This document shows, one piece after another, positions 31,091 through 32,000 of a stretch of 32,000 nucleotides of DNA (position 1 is its first letter; each line of letters starts with the position of its first letter). The notes beneath the pieces were generated by a model that saw nothing but the letters and a program-made list of their open reading frames with translations, was not told the DNA's origin and made no database searches. The DNA is from Sinorhizobium meliloti (lineage in GTDB: Bacteria > Pseudomonadota > Alphaproteobacteria > Rhizobiales > Rhizobiaceae): positions 3,480,001-3,512,000 of the forward strand of contig NZ_JAGIOS010000001.1 of the NCBI RefSeq assembly GCF_017876815.1, given 5' to 3'. The position numbers were made by a program, and so were the translations under genes.

Positions 31091-31225
31091 TCAGAGAGGC
31101 GTCGGGGGTACGACGCCGCTATAGTATTGGCCTTCTCCCGTATAGTACCGTTCGGCGCTGGGCCTTCCTGTTTGCGAGCACGCGCTGAGAGCAAAGATCG
31201 CCAACAACAATACGATCGCGCGCAT
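31091..31225 (-). CDS. mini-lipoprotein paralog 3 (44 aa; below the ORF-track cutoff)
   Basis: The sequence is MRAIVLLLAIFALSACSQTGRPSAERYYTGEGQYYSGVVPPTPL, with lipobox L-S-A-C. AAAGGA precedes the ATG. The signal peptide and motif are shared with paralog 2. Confidence 0.6.
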   Translation of the reverse strand: MRAIVLLLAIFALSACSQTGRPSAERYYTGEGQYYSGVVPPTPL

Positions 31226-31485
31226 AGACTTACGTCCTTTCGTGAGTGAACTTCTTCAATATGACTTTTATGAACTAGATTTTTTCCGGCGCAGAAGCCG
31301 CGCCGGTTCTCGGTTACGGCTGCGATTGTACATGCCGTTCAACCGACGGTACACAAAATTGCGCAATGTTCAGCCCCGCAGCCCTCGAATCGTTACGATT
31401 TTCCTAAAATCCGATCACCCGATTTCACCTGCTCGCAAGCGCAGTCTGGCACAGGAAAGGATTATCATGCCCGAGGACTGACAGG

Positions 31486-31857
31486 ATGACCCAGGTCGTT
31501 ACCATCTCCGCGACGACGGCGGCCTATGCGGCGGATGCATTGAAGCCGCCCACGCGCTTGCGTGGCGATGGACCTGCCGACGAGGCAATCACACTGCTTT
31601 GCGCGCGCGGCCAAGAGCAGGCGCCGGTCCCGAAGGTCAGAAGCGCGCTGCCGCTGCACCTCATGCTGATCGCTGCAGAGCGCCGTCTGCCGCAACAGAC
31701 GCAGGCCGAAACGCTGCGCCGCTATCTCGAAAACGCCGAGAACGAGGACGAGGACGGGGGCGGAGGCGATCGCCGGCGGGAAGACAAGCCTGCCGGCGAT
31801 GAACAGGAACTGGACGAAATCACCGAAATGCTCGACCGGCTCGTTCAGGGATCCTGA
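31486..31857 (+). CDS. hypothetical protein with an acidic C-terminal half
   Basis: 123-aa ORF with GC-rich third codon positions typical of the genuine genes here. I recognise no family motif. The Shine-Dalgarno sequence is weak. A decayed copy of its 3' end lies at about 30860-30880. Confidence 0.45.
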   Translation: MTQVVTISATTAAYAADALKPPTRLRGDGPADEAITLLCARGQEQAPVPKVRSALPLHLMLIAAERRLPQQTQAETLRRYLENAENEDEDGGGGDRRREDKPAGDEQELDEITEMLDRLVQGS

Positions 31858-31886
31858 GCCGGTCGACGCGCTTTCCTGTCAGTGTT

Positions 31887-32000
31887 CTATTGATGGCTGT
31901 GGCCGGAGTGAGCGTTGCCCGCGGCGGTGCCGACCGGCAGGACATAGTCGACCTCCCCCGCCTTCTCGAAGGTGAGCGTCACGGGCACGGCATCGCCTTC
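31887..32000 (-). CDS. C-terminal end of a probable copper chaperone PCu(A)C (DUF461)-like protein (5' part outside the window)
   Basis: The frame is open from the window edge to TAG (31887-31889). It encodes EGDAVPVTLTFEKAGEVDYVLPVGTAAGNAHSGHSHQ. The 'VPVTLTFEKAG-x-V' strand pattern and the His-rich tail resemble PCu(A)C C-termini. The call rests on only 37 residues. Confidence 0.4.
   Translation of the reverse strand, partial: EGDAVPVTLTFEKAGEVDYVLPVGTAAGNAHSGHSHQ

Overview
High-GC, gene-dense segment that reads like the core chromosome of a Rhizobiaceae alphaproteobacterium. The gene order is carB (3' part), DUF6894-like ORF, MFS transporter, greA, lpsB, lpsE/lpsD/lpsC, lrp, trxB, a LysR regulator (lsrB/vtlR-like), two tandem AbcR-type sRNAs, arsR plus an OYE flavin reductase, an APH(6)-like kinase, a PAT-like acetyltransferase, a lytic transglycosylase, gyrA, marC, ssb divergent from uvrA, DUF72, nrdJ (class II RNR) and a GST. 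From memory this matches the arrangement described for Sinorhizobium (Ensifer) meliloti and relatives; no database search could be run. Most long ORFs opposite or out of frame with these genes are GC-driven shadow ORFs and are rejected. Non-coding features visible in the sequence are: two paralogous sRNA genes with their own promoters and terminators and compensatory stem changes; an exact GTTC-N7-GTTC SOS box between ssb and uvrA; NrdR-box-like sites in an unusually long nrdJ leader; two copies of a ~150-nt palindrome-rich intergenic repeat (15476-15627 and 24203-24352); a composite palindromic element (13687-13797); and several hairpin terminators. I see no multi-gene defence, secondary-metabolite or mobile-element system. 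The least explained stretch is 29.6-31.9 kb. It holds four sub-60-aa lipobox ORFs missing from the ORF track, three of them paralogs sharing a Tyr/Gly/Pro-rich C-terminal motif. It also holds a 110-bp array of six tandem 18-19-bp units, each carrying AGGTGA-N3-TCACCT, and a decayed duplicate of the neighbouring PCu(A)C-like gene end. This looks like a segmentally duplicated, probably unannotated small-lipoprotein locus and is my best candidate for something undescribed. Its function cannot be inferred from sequence alone. RNA ends and several start codons are approximate.
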